Of a DNA stretch of 64,000 nucleotides, positions 54,830 to 62,942 are shown in pieces (the stretch's first letter is position 1; every line of letters begins with the position of its first letter). The notes under the pieces were generated by a model. That model was not told where the DNA came from and did not search any database. It saw nothing but the letters and a program-made list of their open reading frames with translations. A program made the translations under genes and the position numbers. This DNA comes from an uncultured Prevotella sp. (lineage in GTDB: Bacteria > Bacteroidota > Bacteroidia > Bacteroidales > Bacteroidaceae), in the NCBI GenBank assembly GCA_902800365.1, contig CADCEF010000004.1:31768-95767 (forward strand), read 5' to 3'.

Positions 54830-57216
54830 AGAAACTTTTATCAACTATCGTGCTGGCCATTGTTGCAACTGCCGGGTGGGCACAAACTCGAATATGGAAT
54901 AACATTGTTACCGGCTATTCCAATGTACCATTTGTAAAAGTAACCAAGGTAGTACTTAGTGCCGACAGCACTGAGGTATTTCTGCATTTCGACATGCCAG
55001 AACGTGCTGCAGGCCAGGAAGGTGTATTGGCTGCGAAATCGCAACTCCAGGCCGACGGTAAGACCTACGAAGCAAAGAACGCCGTAGGTATGAAACTGGG
55101 GCAGCCCGTCAAGATACCTAAGGACTGTAAGTTAGACTTCTCGCTGGTGTTCGATGCCCTGCCAGCATCTACATGGCAGTTTTCTATAAGTGATCCCGGC
55201 ATGTGGATAATTAATGCTGTACGCGATGCTGATGCGAATGCTGATGCTGATGTAACCCCCGTTGGCGTCACCGACACTTATTGGCGCAATACGCTTACTG
55301 GCGACTGGCTGGTAGGATTCGGCCAGCACCATGTAATATATGATAATAAGGTGTGGGATATCCTGAATCAGAAAGAACAGAAGGACGCCTACGAGCTTAC
55401 TCTGAACAATGGACTTACCATCAAGGTGGGCAAACTGAAGAAAGGTATTCGCCCGATAACTATCGGCGATGCTAAAGCTATCGCCTGCAGTGCGATCACT
55501 AATCTGTCGATAGCCGACTATCCTACGAAAGATACTCGCAAGGGATTTGTAGACAACGGTTATCGTGAGGGCGACAGCGTTACCATCATAGGCTGGCTGA
55601 AGGATATGCCAGAGCCGGCGTGGAGACTAAGTGACGAGTTTGAAGTAAGGACGAGCAATTTCATCAGTGATAAAACTGAAAGCTATAAAGCAAAGCTCGA
55701 CTCGCTGGGACGATTTACACTCCGAATGCCCATACTCAATTCTACAACAGCAATACTCGACCCGCGAAGATCTTGGGAATGGTCTGTATTAGAACCTGGA
55801 AAGACGTACTTCTTCCTGAACGACTTCACGACTGGCCAGAAGCTGTTTATGGGCGATGACGTACGTTTGCAAAACGAGCTTGTGGCTTGTGATGCAGCAT
55901 GGCCGGATGCGCGCATCAATAAAGGCGAGAGCGCCATGCAATTTAAGGCGCGCACGGATAGTGACTGTGAAGCCATAATGGCCAAGATGCAGGAGAATAT
56001 CGCACATCGCCCGAACATATCGCAGCGCTATATCGATTACATTAAAGGACTGTGTATGGCAGGGCAGGGCAACTCGATGATGCAGGCCCGATTCGATGTG
56101 CCTGGCAAAAATCTGCCCAAGGAGTATATGGATTATGTTACCACCAAGCTGTGGCAGCCCATGCCTAAACCTTATACGCTCTATATGAACTTCGCACCAT
56201 TTATGCGCGACTATCTTGACCACCTGAGAAATGAGCGCCACTCTGTGAGCATTGATCCTTACACAATAACGTTGAACGACGGTGCCTATCCCATCATTTT
56301 ACGCCAGGCTAGGGCTGATGGCAAGGTATCGATTACCGACGAGGAGCTTGCCCTAATGGAGCGTTATGCAGTGGAATATCACAAGGAGTATGCCAAACAA
56401 GCCAAGAACCAGAAGATAGATAGTCTAAACATTGATTTGGCTGGTACCGATTTAGATAAGCTTGGCATTGCGGAGCAGTATCTTGCCATTATGGAGCGTC
56501 CTGATGTGAAGAAGGCGATAGAGCAAGAATTCTCGTTGATAGATTTGTATTACCAAAAGCAGGCTATCGAATCGGCAACTACCGATAGGGCATTGATTGA
56601 TATGGCCTTGGCTCGCAAATTCTATTGGAAGCTTAACTCGTTCCGCAAGTCGCTTGACCCTTCTGATTTGAATTTCGCCAATAAAGAAATCAAGTTGGCA
56701 TCGGCACTAAACTTTGTTTTGACCGAAAACGATAAGTATGTAGCTTTGGAGCATCAGGACTTGGCTAATGCAGCCAGTCTGCGACCATCAACCGATGTTG
56801 CGAACATGACCGATGGCGAGAAGATGCTGCGCAAGATTATCGAGCCATATAAAGGCCGAGTAATCTATCTCGATGTATGGGGCACTTGGTGCGGCCCTTG
56901 CAAGCAGAAACTAAAGGACTCGTGGAAAGTAAAAGAGGCACTCAAGGATTACGATATCGTGTATCTCTACCTATGTAATGGCAGCAGCGATGAATCGTGG
57001 AAGAATGTGATTAAGGAGTACAATCTGACAGGACCAAACTGTGTTCACTATAATCTGCCAAAAGAACAGCAGAGTGCTATCGAGCATTACCTGAGTGTAA
57101 ACAGCTTCCCCACATATAAGATTATCGATAAGCAGGGAAACATTCACGACCTAGGTTGGCTCGACGATCAAAATCTGGAGGCATTCAAACAGACTATGGG
57201 AAAATTCTGCAAGTAA
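54826..57216 (+). CDS. Large secreted protein with C-terminal TlpA/thioredoxin-like domain
   Basis: Signal peptide ending WAQ; YLDVWGTWCGPC, SFPTYKIIDKQG. Confidence 0.85.
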   Translation: MKKLLSTIVLAIVATAGWAQTRIWNNIVTGYSNVPFVKVTKVVLSADSTEVFLHFDMPERAAGQEGVLAAKSQLQADGKTYEAKNAVGMKLGQPVKIPKDCKLDFSLVFDALPASTWQFSISDPGMWIINAVRDADANADADVTPVGVTDTYWRNTLTGDWLVGFGQHHVIYDNKVWDILNQKEQKDAYELTLNNGLTIKVGKLKKGIRPITIGDAKAIACSAITNLSIADYPTKDTRKGFVDNGYREGDSVTIIGWLKDMPEPAWRLSDEFEVRTSNFISDKTESYKAKLDSLGRFTLRMPILNSTTAILDPRRSWEWSVLEPGKTYFFLNDFTTGQKLFMGDDVRLQNELVACDAAWPDARINKGESAMQFKARTDSDCEAIMAKMQENIAHRPNISQRYIDYIKGLCMAGQGNSMMQARFDVPGKNLPKEYMDYVTTKLWQPMPKPYTLYMNFAPFMRDYLDHLRNERHSVSIDPYTITLNDGAYPIILRQARADGKVSITDEELALMERYAVEYHKEYAKQAKNQKIDSLNIDLAGTDLDKLGIAEQYLAIMERPDVKKAIEQEFSLIDLYYQKQAIESATTDRALIDMALARKFYWKLNSFRKSLDPSDLNFANKEIKLASALNFVLTENDKYVALEHQDLANAASLRPSTDVANMTDGEKMLRKIIEPYKGRVIYLDVWGTWCGPCKQKLKDSWKVKEALKDYDIVYLYLCNGSSDESWKNVIKEYNLTGPNCVHYNLPKEQQSAIEHYLSVNSFPTYKIIDKQGNIHDLGWLDDQNLEAFKQTMGKFCK

Positions 57217-57333
57217 TTTGATACCGCCCCTAGGCGCACGAATATGCGGTACTTGGGCAGGGGCGAACAGGCTGTTCTCTCCTGCTTTGGATTGAGCCGA
57301 ATGTGGCGGGGCTTTATGCGCTGCCTCTTTCGG

Positions 57334-58458
57334 CTATTTTGCTTTTAAGGTGATGAGCCAAGGATTTGGCTTGTCGGTGGAACCGAAAAGGGTGGCTTTG
57401 TCACCGATGGCGCTGAAACGGCGCAGCTGCAAGTAGTCAGGATGGCCGTCGGCATCGGTGTCGTTGAAGGTGATAAGCGTGCACCAGCCAAGCTTGAGGT
57501 AGCCAGCGTTGGCATAGGTGAACGGAAGTTGTTGGCGCTGTGCGCCTTGAACGCTGTCACCTTGTACGGTGATGCTGTCGCCAGGGGCGAGAAGGTACAT
57601 GCCTGAGTCGGACGAGTTGCCTCGTTCTTCGAGGGTGTGATTGTGTCCAAACAGTAGGACGATGTCGTGTTTTTGGGCGGCACGGCTAAGGGTATTGAAC
57701 CAGCGTAGCCCGCCGGGGTTGTCATTACGAGAAGCGTGAATAGGCACGTGTGACATCACGATGATTGGGGCGTGACCGCTTAGGGTGTCAGCCCATGCCG
57801 CGAAGCGGGCGGAGGCCGATTCGGCTGAAATGCCGTAAGGGTCGGCTATGTCGATACCATTGTAGGCGCGCAAGCCGCCAGATGGTTGCTGTGGCATTGG
57901 CATGGTACTATCATTATTAGCAGGTGGAGGATTGTTGCCTGGAATGTTATCACCTTGCTCATCGTAAAGAGCTACTGCAGCTCGTGTCAACGAGTCGGTG
58001 GCATAAGCCATTTGAGCGTAGCTGATACCATAGATATAATAGCCATCGCATCGATGGGGACCACTAAAGAAGGCTGAATAGTCATCGGTGCAGTTCCGGT
58101 CATGTGAGCCGTAAGTAAAGAATATCTCTGTCTTGTTAGGATCGAGTGATGAGAAAATCTCTGATCGGAGGTCGGCAAGTGTGAAGGCTGGTTGTCCTGT
58201 ATCTCCTGCATCAGGACCACTGCCTACGTAGTCGCCTCCGAGCAGCACAACACTTGGAGTAACAATACCATTGCGGTTGGCAACCTTTTGAATAGCTGCT
58301 GCCAGATTGTTGCCATTGCCCGCCTCATGACGGTCGGACGCGACAAATAGCGAGGTTGTTTTACCTTCCCAAACAGGTGGATTGTCTTCCGTAGCACAAG
58401 CAGTTATCATCACGATACTGCAGATTGCCTTAATAGCAAGTAGTAAATCTTTCTTCAT
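57334..58458 (-). CDS. Calcineurin-like metallophosphoesterase lipoprotein
   Basis: Lipobox ITAC; SDRH, GGDY, GSHD, SHVP, GHNH motifs. Confidence 0.85.
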   Translation of the reverse strand: MKKDLLLAIKAICSIVMITACATEDNPPVWEGKTTSLFVASDRHEAGNGNNLAAAIQKVANRNGIVTPSVVLLGGDYVGSGPDAGDTGQPAFTLADLRSEIFSSLDPNKTEIFFTYGSHDRNCTDDYSAFFSGPHRCDGYYIYGISYAQMAYATDSLTRAAVALYDEQGDNIPGNNPPPANNDSTMPMPQQPSGGLRAYNGIDIADPYGISAESASARFAAWADTLSGHAPIIVMSHVPIHASRNDNPGGLRWFNTLSRAAQKHDIVLLFGHNHTLEERGNSSDSGMYLLAPGDSITVQGDSVQGAQRQQLPFTYANAGYLKLGWCTLITFNDTDADGHPDYLQLRRFSAIGDKATLFGSTDKPNPWLITLKAK

Positions 58459-58561
58459 CTTTAGATTGTTTTATGGTGCAAAGATACAAAAAATATTGGA
58501 TGAACCTCACGGTTTGGCAAATATTTCGTTTTAGAAATTCAGATGTGACTGATTCTTTAAT

Positions 58562-58695
58562 CTGCTGCAAAGATAACATAATTAGAGAAAACAACAAAAA
58601 AAAATCCCTATTATTCATTGGGGATATCCCTATAATATAAAAAGAGATAAGCTTTGGGGCTTATCTCTTTTGCTTATATCATATTTATTGCTTTA
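58562..58695 (-). repeat. Junction module copy A (palindrome + promoter) with inserted hairpin H2
   Basis: 58562-58635 nearly identical to 60207-60282; TATTGCTTTA shared at 58686-58695 and 60287-60296. Confidence 0.9.
58640..58671. terminator. Palindrome H2
   Basis: AAAAGAGATAAG-CTTTGGGG-CTTATCTCTTTT. Confidence 0.85.
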
Positions 58696-59040
58696 TAATA
58701 CAGCAGCGTGCTTTAGTTCGTTTTGGATGGCTTTATTGATAAAATCGTTTATTGTGGTGCCAGTAGCTGCCACAACAGCTGCCACTCGAGAGTGAAGCTC
58801 TGACGACATGCGAAGATTCAATCTCCCACTATATGGCTTAGCAGGTTCAACCCCATCAGCTTTACAAGCTTCGAGATAGCTGTCAACACCATCCTCAAAA
58901 TCCTTACGTAATTCTTCGAGTGTATCGCCTTCATAGAGAATCAGCGCCTTACTCATTCCCTGAACCTTTCCAAACAGGCAGTTATCTTCCTTACTATACT
59001 CTACACTGCCTTTGTAGCCCTTATACTCCAAATAATCCAT
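58693..59040 (-). CDS. hicB: HicB family antitoxin
   Basis: LEYKGYKGSVEYS, YEGDTLEELRKDFEDGVDSYL, KPYSGRLNLRMSSELH. Confidence 0.93.
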   Translation of the reverse strand: MDYLEYKGYKGSVEYSKEDNCLFGKVQGMSKALILYEGDTLEELRKDFEDGVDSYLEACKADGVEPAKPYSGRLNLRMSSELHSRVAAVVAATGTTINDFINKAIQNELKHAAVL

Positions 59041-59048
59041 ATCATTAA

Positions 59049-59309
59049 TTATTTAATATGTCCATACTCTTTAAGATGCTGATAAATCGACTTGATCATC
59101 CACTCTTTCATAATACTACCAGGATGAGGGCGATGAATATCAATGTAAACACCTAATGTATCATTCTTAAATCTAACACGAGAGCCTGAAGTTGCCCCTT
59201 TATTATGAACATTATATCCGAAGTGTGCTAAAAGTGCAATAGTTTCTTCGTACGTAAAGTCCTTGGGTTTCTTCTTGAAACGTTCAACCAATTTTTCTTT
59301 TGTACCCAT
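59049..59309 (-). CDS. hicA: HicA family toxin
   Basis: MGTKEKL, GATSGSRVRF, IHRPHP. Confidence 0.92.
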   Translation of the reverse strand: MGTKEKLVERFKKKPKDFTYEETIALLAHFGYNVHNKGATSGSRVRFKNDTLGVYIDIHRPHPGSIMKEWMIKSIYQHLKEYGHIK

Positions 59310-59329
59310 AATTATGTATTTGGCTGCAA

Positions 59330-59347
59330 AAGTACTAAATTTAGTAC
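59330..59347. promoter_or_regulatory. Putative HicB operator
   Basis: Perfect palindrome AGTACTAAATTTAGTACT overlapping the hicA -7 box (TACTTTTG on -). Confidence 0.7.
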
Positions 59348-59490
59348 TAACTTCCAAACTTTTTTCCGATTATTTTAGTTTTCCACCTTATATCCTTTTT
59401 AAAAGTATCATTTCATAAAAAAAGTGGGTTCGATATTTGGTAGTAACAGGAAGTAACATATACAGGGTCTAAGTGCCTGATATTCAAGAA

Positions 59491-59514
59491 GGGTTCGACA
59501 CTCTGCGGGTGTAC
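59491..59514 (+). repeat. Duplicated tRNA-Lys 3' end (attR-like)
   Basis: GGGTTCGACACTCTGCGGGTGTAC; preceded by AGTAACA direct repeats at 59442 and 59452. Confidence 0.85.
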
Positions 59515-59521
59515 GAAAAGC

Positions 59522-59553
59522 AAAAGAGATAAGTCGAAAAACTTATCTCTTTT
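59522..59553. terminator. Palindrome H3
   Basis: AAAAGAGATAAG-TCGAAAAA-CTTATCTCTTTT. Confidence 0.85.
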
Positions 59554-59560
59554 TTGTTTT

Positions 59561-60178
59561 TTATTCAAGTTTTCGTCCTCGATAGTAATCATTAAATGCA
59601 TCTTTGGCATAGCCATCGCCAGTATATTTAAATGTGCCGGCAGAGGCTCCGTCTACTTTCTTTCCAAAATAGAACACGGTGAATGCATCCTTGGCGTAAC
59701 CACCTTCTAATAACTTAAAGGAACCTGCTGAAGCTTCAATCTTTCTACCATGATAGAATACGCTGAAAGAATCCTTTGCATAACCTTCGCCTATTTCCTT
59801 GAATGTAGCTGCAGTTGCGTCTATCTTTTTACCATCATAGTAAACATTAAAGTCTGATTTGTAATAACCTTCATGTCGTCTGTCGTAATCGCGGTGTTCC
59901 ATTGGTTCACGATAATGCGACTTAGAATGACTCTTAAGACGGAAAGTAGCAGGATCGACATACTCCAGCACTCGACCGTCGAGATATACATTTTCGCAGT
60001 CCTTTGCATAACCGCAACCTAAATCTACGAACGTACGAGCATCGGCATAAGGGATTGGCTTGCGCTCAAAAAGCACTATGCCACGGTCGACTTCATACGA
60101 TTGTGCATATACCGATACAGTACATCCTAATAATCCTATCACCATAAGTGACTTCAGTAAAAATGCTTTCTGTTTCAT
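59561..60178 (-). CDS. DKNYY-family repeat protein, exported
   Basis: Repeated YAKDxxxVYYxGKKI units; signal peptide. Confidence 0.82.
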   Translation of the reverse strand: MKQKAFLLKSLMVIGLLGCTVSVYAQSYEVDRGIVLFERKPIPYADARTFVDLGCGYAKDCENVYLDGRVLEYVDPATFRLKSHSKSHYREPMEHRDYDRRHEGYYKSDFNVYYDGKKIDATAATFKEIGEGYAKDSFSVFYHGRKIEASAGSFKLLEGGYAKDAFTVFYFGKKVDGASAGTFKYTGDGYAKDAFNDYYRGRKLE

Positions 60179-60206
60179 ACTCTTGATAATTTAGAATTTT
60201 AAATAA

Positions 60207-60296
60207 CTGCTGCAAAGATAACATAATTAGAGAAAACAACAAAAAAGAAAATCCCTATTATTCATTGGGGATTTTCCTATAACATCTATTGCTTTA
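60207..60296 (-). repeat. Junction module copy B
   Basis: Palindrome AAAATCCCTA-TTATTCAT-TGGGGATTTT abutting -33 TTTG / -7 TATCTTTG promoter of DKNYY gene. Confidence 0.9.
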
Positions 60297-60382
60297 CTGA
60301 ATAAATCAGCCTGTTAGCTGATAATTTTTCTTTAGAAGGAATAGAAATTTTATTTTTGCATCGGATTAAACAAATAAATAAG

Positions 60383-60952
60383 ATGCGAAAGAAACAATTA
60401 TTGGTAATATGTATGTTCCTGATTTCAGGAAGCCTGATGGCTCAGGAGCCAATGCATAAACGAAAACAAGTGACCTATGAGCAGGTTACTAAAATGATGG
60501 TCAAGGATCTTCAGCTGGATGAAAAGCAGCAGAAGAAGGTGACTAAACTCAATAAGAAGTACAAAACCCTTATTGAGGGTGAGCAACGCGAGGCTCCAGG
60601 CAAAGGACGCCCTAATATGGGTGAACGACCTTCAGGACCTCCTAGTGGCGGTATGCCGGGTGGACCTGGTGGTTTTGGTGGTGGTCCTGGAGGCGGCTTC
60701 GGTGGAGGCATGCCTGGAGGTATGGGAGGAGGCCCAAGGACGGGTGGAATGCCCGGAGGACCAGCTTCAGAAAACAGCTATGACTACGACAAGAAACAGA
60801 AGAAGTACGACAAGGCAATAAGCAAAATCCTGTCTGAAAAGCAGATGGAGGGTTATCAGGAGATTAAGACCCAGTTTGCCTCACAGAGACGCGTAAGAAA
60901 CTTCTTGTTTGGTTCACCACAAGACTTCAACAAAGATGGAAAAGATAAGTGA
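60383..60952 (+). CDS. Exported protein with Gly/Pro/Met-rich low-complexity linker
   Basis: Signal peptide ending MAQ; GGPGGFGG repeats between helical Lys-rich segments. Confidence 0.7.
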   Translation: MRKKQLLVICMFLISGSLMAQEPMHKRKQVTYEQVTKMMVKDLQLDEKQQKKVTKLNKKYKTLIEGEQREAPGKGRPNMGERPSGPPSGGMPGGPGGFGGGPGGGFGGGMPGGMGGGPRTGGMPGGPASENSYDYDKKQKKYDKAISKILSEKQMEGYQEIKTQFASQRRVRNFLFGSPQDFNKDGKDK

Positions 60953-61053
60953 GTTGGTAATGGCTGTAATATCAGCGATAGTCCAAAGTGCAGTATTCCT
61001 TGTGATTCTTTTTATGCTGTTCATATCCTTTGTCAGCATATTAATACCAGCAA

Positions 61054-61085
61054 AAAAGAGATAAGCATTTGCGCTTATCTCTTTT
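61054..61085. terminator. Palindrome H4
   Basis: AAAAGAGATAAG-CATTTGCG-CTTATCTCTTTT, directly after HEPN stop. Confidence 0.85.
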
Positions 61086-61088
61086 ACT

Positions 61089-61493
61089 TTATTGTTTATT
61101 CTCCTCTTCAAATAACTGATCTTTGAAGAATGCTATCGCTTGTTTTAATGGTTCCAACTCTTTTTTTACTACTTCGTAGACAACATCAGCGTCGACTTCA
61201 AAGTAGTGATGAGCCATAATATCGCGTATACCCATAACCCTTTTCCAAGGAATGCTTGGATATGTAGGTAATAGTTTTCCTTCGGAAACTTTGTCGAGAT
61301 TCTTAATAGACTCTCCGATTGCTATCAGTACCATACATGCAGCATCAAGTTTCTCCATTCCCACAGGACTGGTTAAGAAATCATCAACTGAAAGAATGTT
61401 TTTGGTTCTTTCCTGGAGTCTGTTTATGGCCAATTCCAGCTGACTAAGAGTATGCCATATTAGAGGCAGATTCTCTGATGATATCGATTCCAT
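61089..61493 (-). CDS. HEPN (DUF86/HepT-like) toxin
   Basis: IPWKRVMGIRDIMAHHYFEVD (RX4H); start codon uncertain. Confidence 0.88.
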   Translation of the reverse strand: MESISSENLPLIWHTLSQLELAINRLQERTKNILSVDDFLTSPVGMEKLDAACMVLIAIGESIKNLDKVSEGKLLPTYPSIPWKRVMGIRDIMAHHYFEVDADVVYEVVKKELEPLKQAIAFFKDQLFEEENKQ

Positions 61494-61767
61494 CTTTCTC
61501 AATTTGTTTAAGTAAGAAAGCATCATTATTACGATGTTTCCTGATTAAGTCAACATGACATCCAAGCAGACTTTCGAGATACTCTTGCAGACCAATTATC
61601 TTATAGATACTAGGTTCCATCTCAACAAACACATCAACATCGCTCGACTCATGCTGCTGATTACGAGCTAACGAGCCAAACAAGCGAAGCGAACGGACGT
61701 CGAATTCTTCAATAATCGTCTTTGCATTCGCCAAAATCTTATCGATGCATTCTTGTCTACTTAACAT
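61444..61767 (-). CDS. Minimal nucleotidyltransferase (MntA-like) antitoxin
   Basis: LFGSLARNQQHESSDVDVFV, LGCHVDLI. Confidence 0.9.
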   Translation of the reverse strand: MLSRQECIDKILANAKTIIEEFDVRSLRLFGSLARNQQHESSDVDVFVEMEPSIYKIIGLQEYLESLLGCHVDLIRKHRNNDAFLLKQIEKDGIDIIRESASNMAYS

Positions 61768-61895
61768 ATCTGCTGCAAATATAACTCAATTATCTGAATA
61801 ATGCAAGTTTTTATGGAATTTTCCATTATTTGTGCTAATATTTGAGACTTTTATGAGATTTTTTTAGTACCTTTGCACCCCCAAAAAAGAAAAAA

Positions 61896-62234
61896 ATGAC
61901 ATTACACGATCTTATAAACTCTGTAGACACCGAGCAGTATAGCGATAATCAGCTATACCAGAAGCTCCGTAATACTAAGCCAGAATATGGCTATCTCCGA
62001 CGTATTAATGTAAAAGAAGAAAAAGGCAAGCTCATAATCACCAACACTCATATAGGCTCACTAGGCGACATTCTTACATACGTAGTTGATGTAGCTCCGG
62101 AACTGAACATATCTAAGGTTCAGCTCTTGGACGCCATCCTGCAGGAGATGTCAAAAGGCGGTTTCTCAGAGCAAGAAGAGTGCGTCTTCTGGAATGATTT
62201 CGACAATCTTCAGAAAGCCAAGATTATCAGATAA
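61896..62234 (+). CDS. Hypothetical protein
   Basis: 112 aa ORF downstream of TACCTTTG box. Confidence 0.65.
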   Translation: MTLHDLINSVDTEQYSDNQLYQKLRNTKPEYGYLRRINVKEEKGKLIITNTHIGSLGDILTYVVDVAPELNISKVQLLDAILQEMSKGGFSEQEECVFWNDFDNLQKAKIIR

Positions 62235-62260
62235 ATCATAATTCACCACGAAATAAAACA

Positions 62261-62381
62261 GTTATAGGAAAATCCCCAATGAATAATAGGGATTTTCTTT
62301 TGGGGCGATAAACTGAAAAGTGTTATCTTTGCAGCGGTTATTTAAAAATCGTAATTATCAATCATTAAAATTAAAAGTATG
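62261..62381 (+). repeat. Junction module copy C (inverted relative to A and B)
   Basis: 62261-62301 is the exact reverse complement of 60243-60283; promoter and leader also resemble copy B. Confidence 0.9.
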
Positions 62382-62936
62382 AAAAAGCTATTATTTATTA
62401 TGGTGGCCCTATGCATGGCTACAACAATCGATGCACAGGTTTATGTGGGTGGTGGAATCGGTTTCACCCGAACAACTGAAGCTTTAAACAAGTCGACTAT
62501 CTTTAGACTTATGCCCGAGGCAGGATATCGTATTAACGATCGCTGGGCCATAGGTTTGTCTCTAGGTTATGCCAATTCTAAGAATTCTACAGAAGTAAGT
62601 GGTATGGAATCGGAACTGAAACTAACGCAATATAACTTTAATCCATATGCACGTTATACCTTTGCAAAAATAGATAAAGTTGGTTTGTTTGTTGATGGAG
62701 GTGTTGAGTATATACACCGCGACATCAAAGGGTCATATGATACAAATGCCTGGAATATTGGTCTGCGCCCAGGTATCAGTTTCGCTGTGAACGACAAAAT
62801 AAGTCTTGTGGCCCAAGTAGGATTCCTTGGTTACCGCACTCAGAAATCAGATTTTGAAGGCGCAATAGCCACAAACACTTTCACAGCCGATATAGATGGT
62901 AATGATCTCTCCTTCAGTGTTTATTACAACTTCTGA
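62379..62936 (+). CDS. Outer-membrane beta-barrel protein
   Basis: Signal peptide ending DAQ, alternating aromatic strands, C-terminal YYNF. Confidence 0.85.
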   Translation: MKKLLFIMVALCMATTIDAQVYVGGGIGFTRTTEALNKSTIFRLMPEAGYRINDRWAIGLSLGYANSKNSTEVSGMESELKLTQYNFNPYARYTFAKIDKVGLFVDGGVEYIHRDIKGSYDTNAWNIGLRPGISFAVNDKISLVAQVGFLGYRTQKSDFEGAIATNTFTADIDGNDLSFSVYYNF

Positions 62937-62942
62937 AAAAGA

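Larger units (their letters stand above)
54427..59514. mobile_element. Integrase-less genomic islet between tRNA-Lys 3' end and its duplicate
   Basis: CTCTGCGGGTGTAC at 54427-54440 and 59501-59514 (21/24 identity over 54417-54440 vs 59491-59514); cargo includes TA genes. Confidence 0.75.

Noticed and set aside
55224-55253. GATGCT-type hexamer repeat (DADANADAD) as a phase-variation tract
   Set aside because: Short, imperfect and in frame; length change would only alter a linker.
58570-58600. TTATGTTA in junction copies A and B resembling the XerD arm of dif/pdif
   Set aside because: No XerC-like arm at 6-bp spacing, and the motif is absent from copy C; it is simply adjacent to the -7 box.
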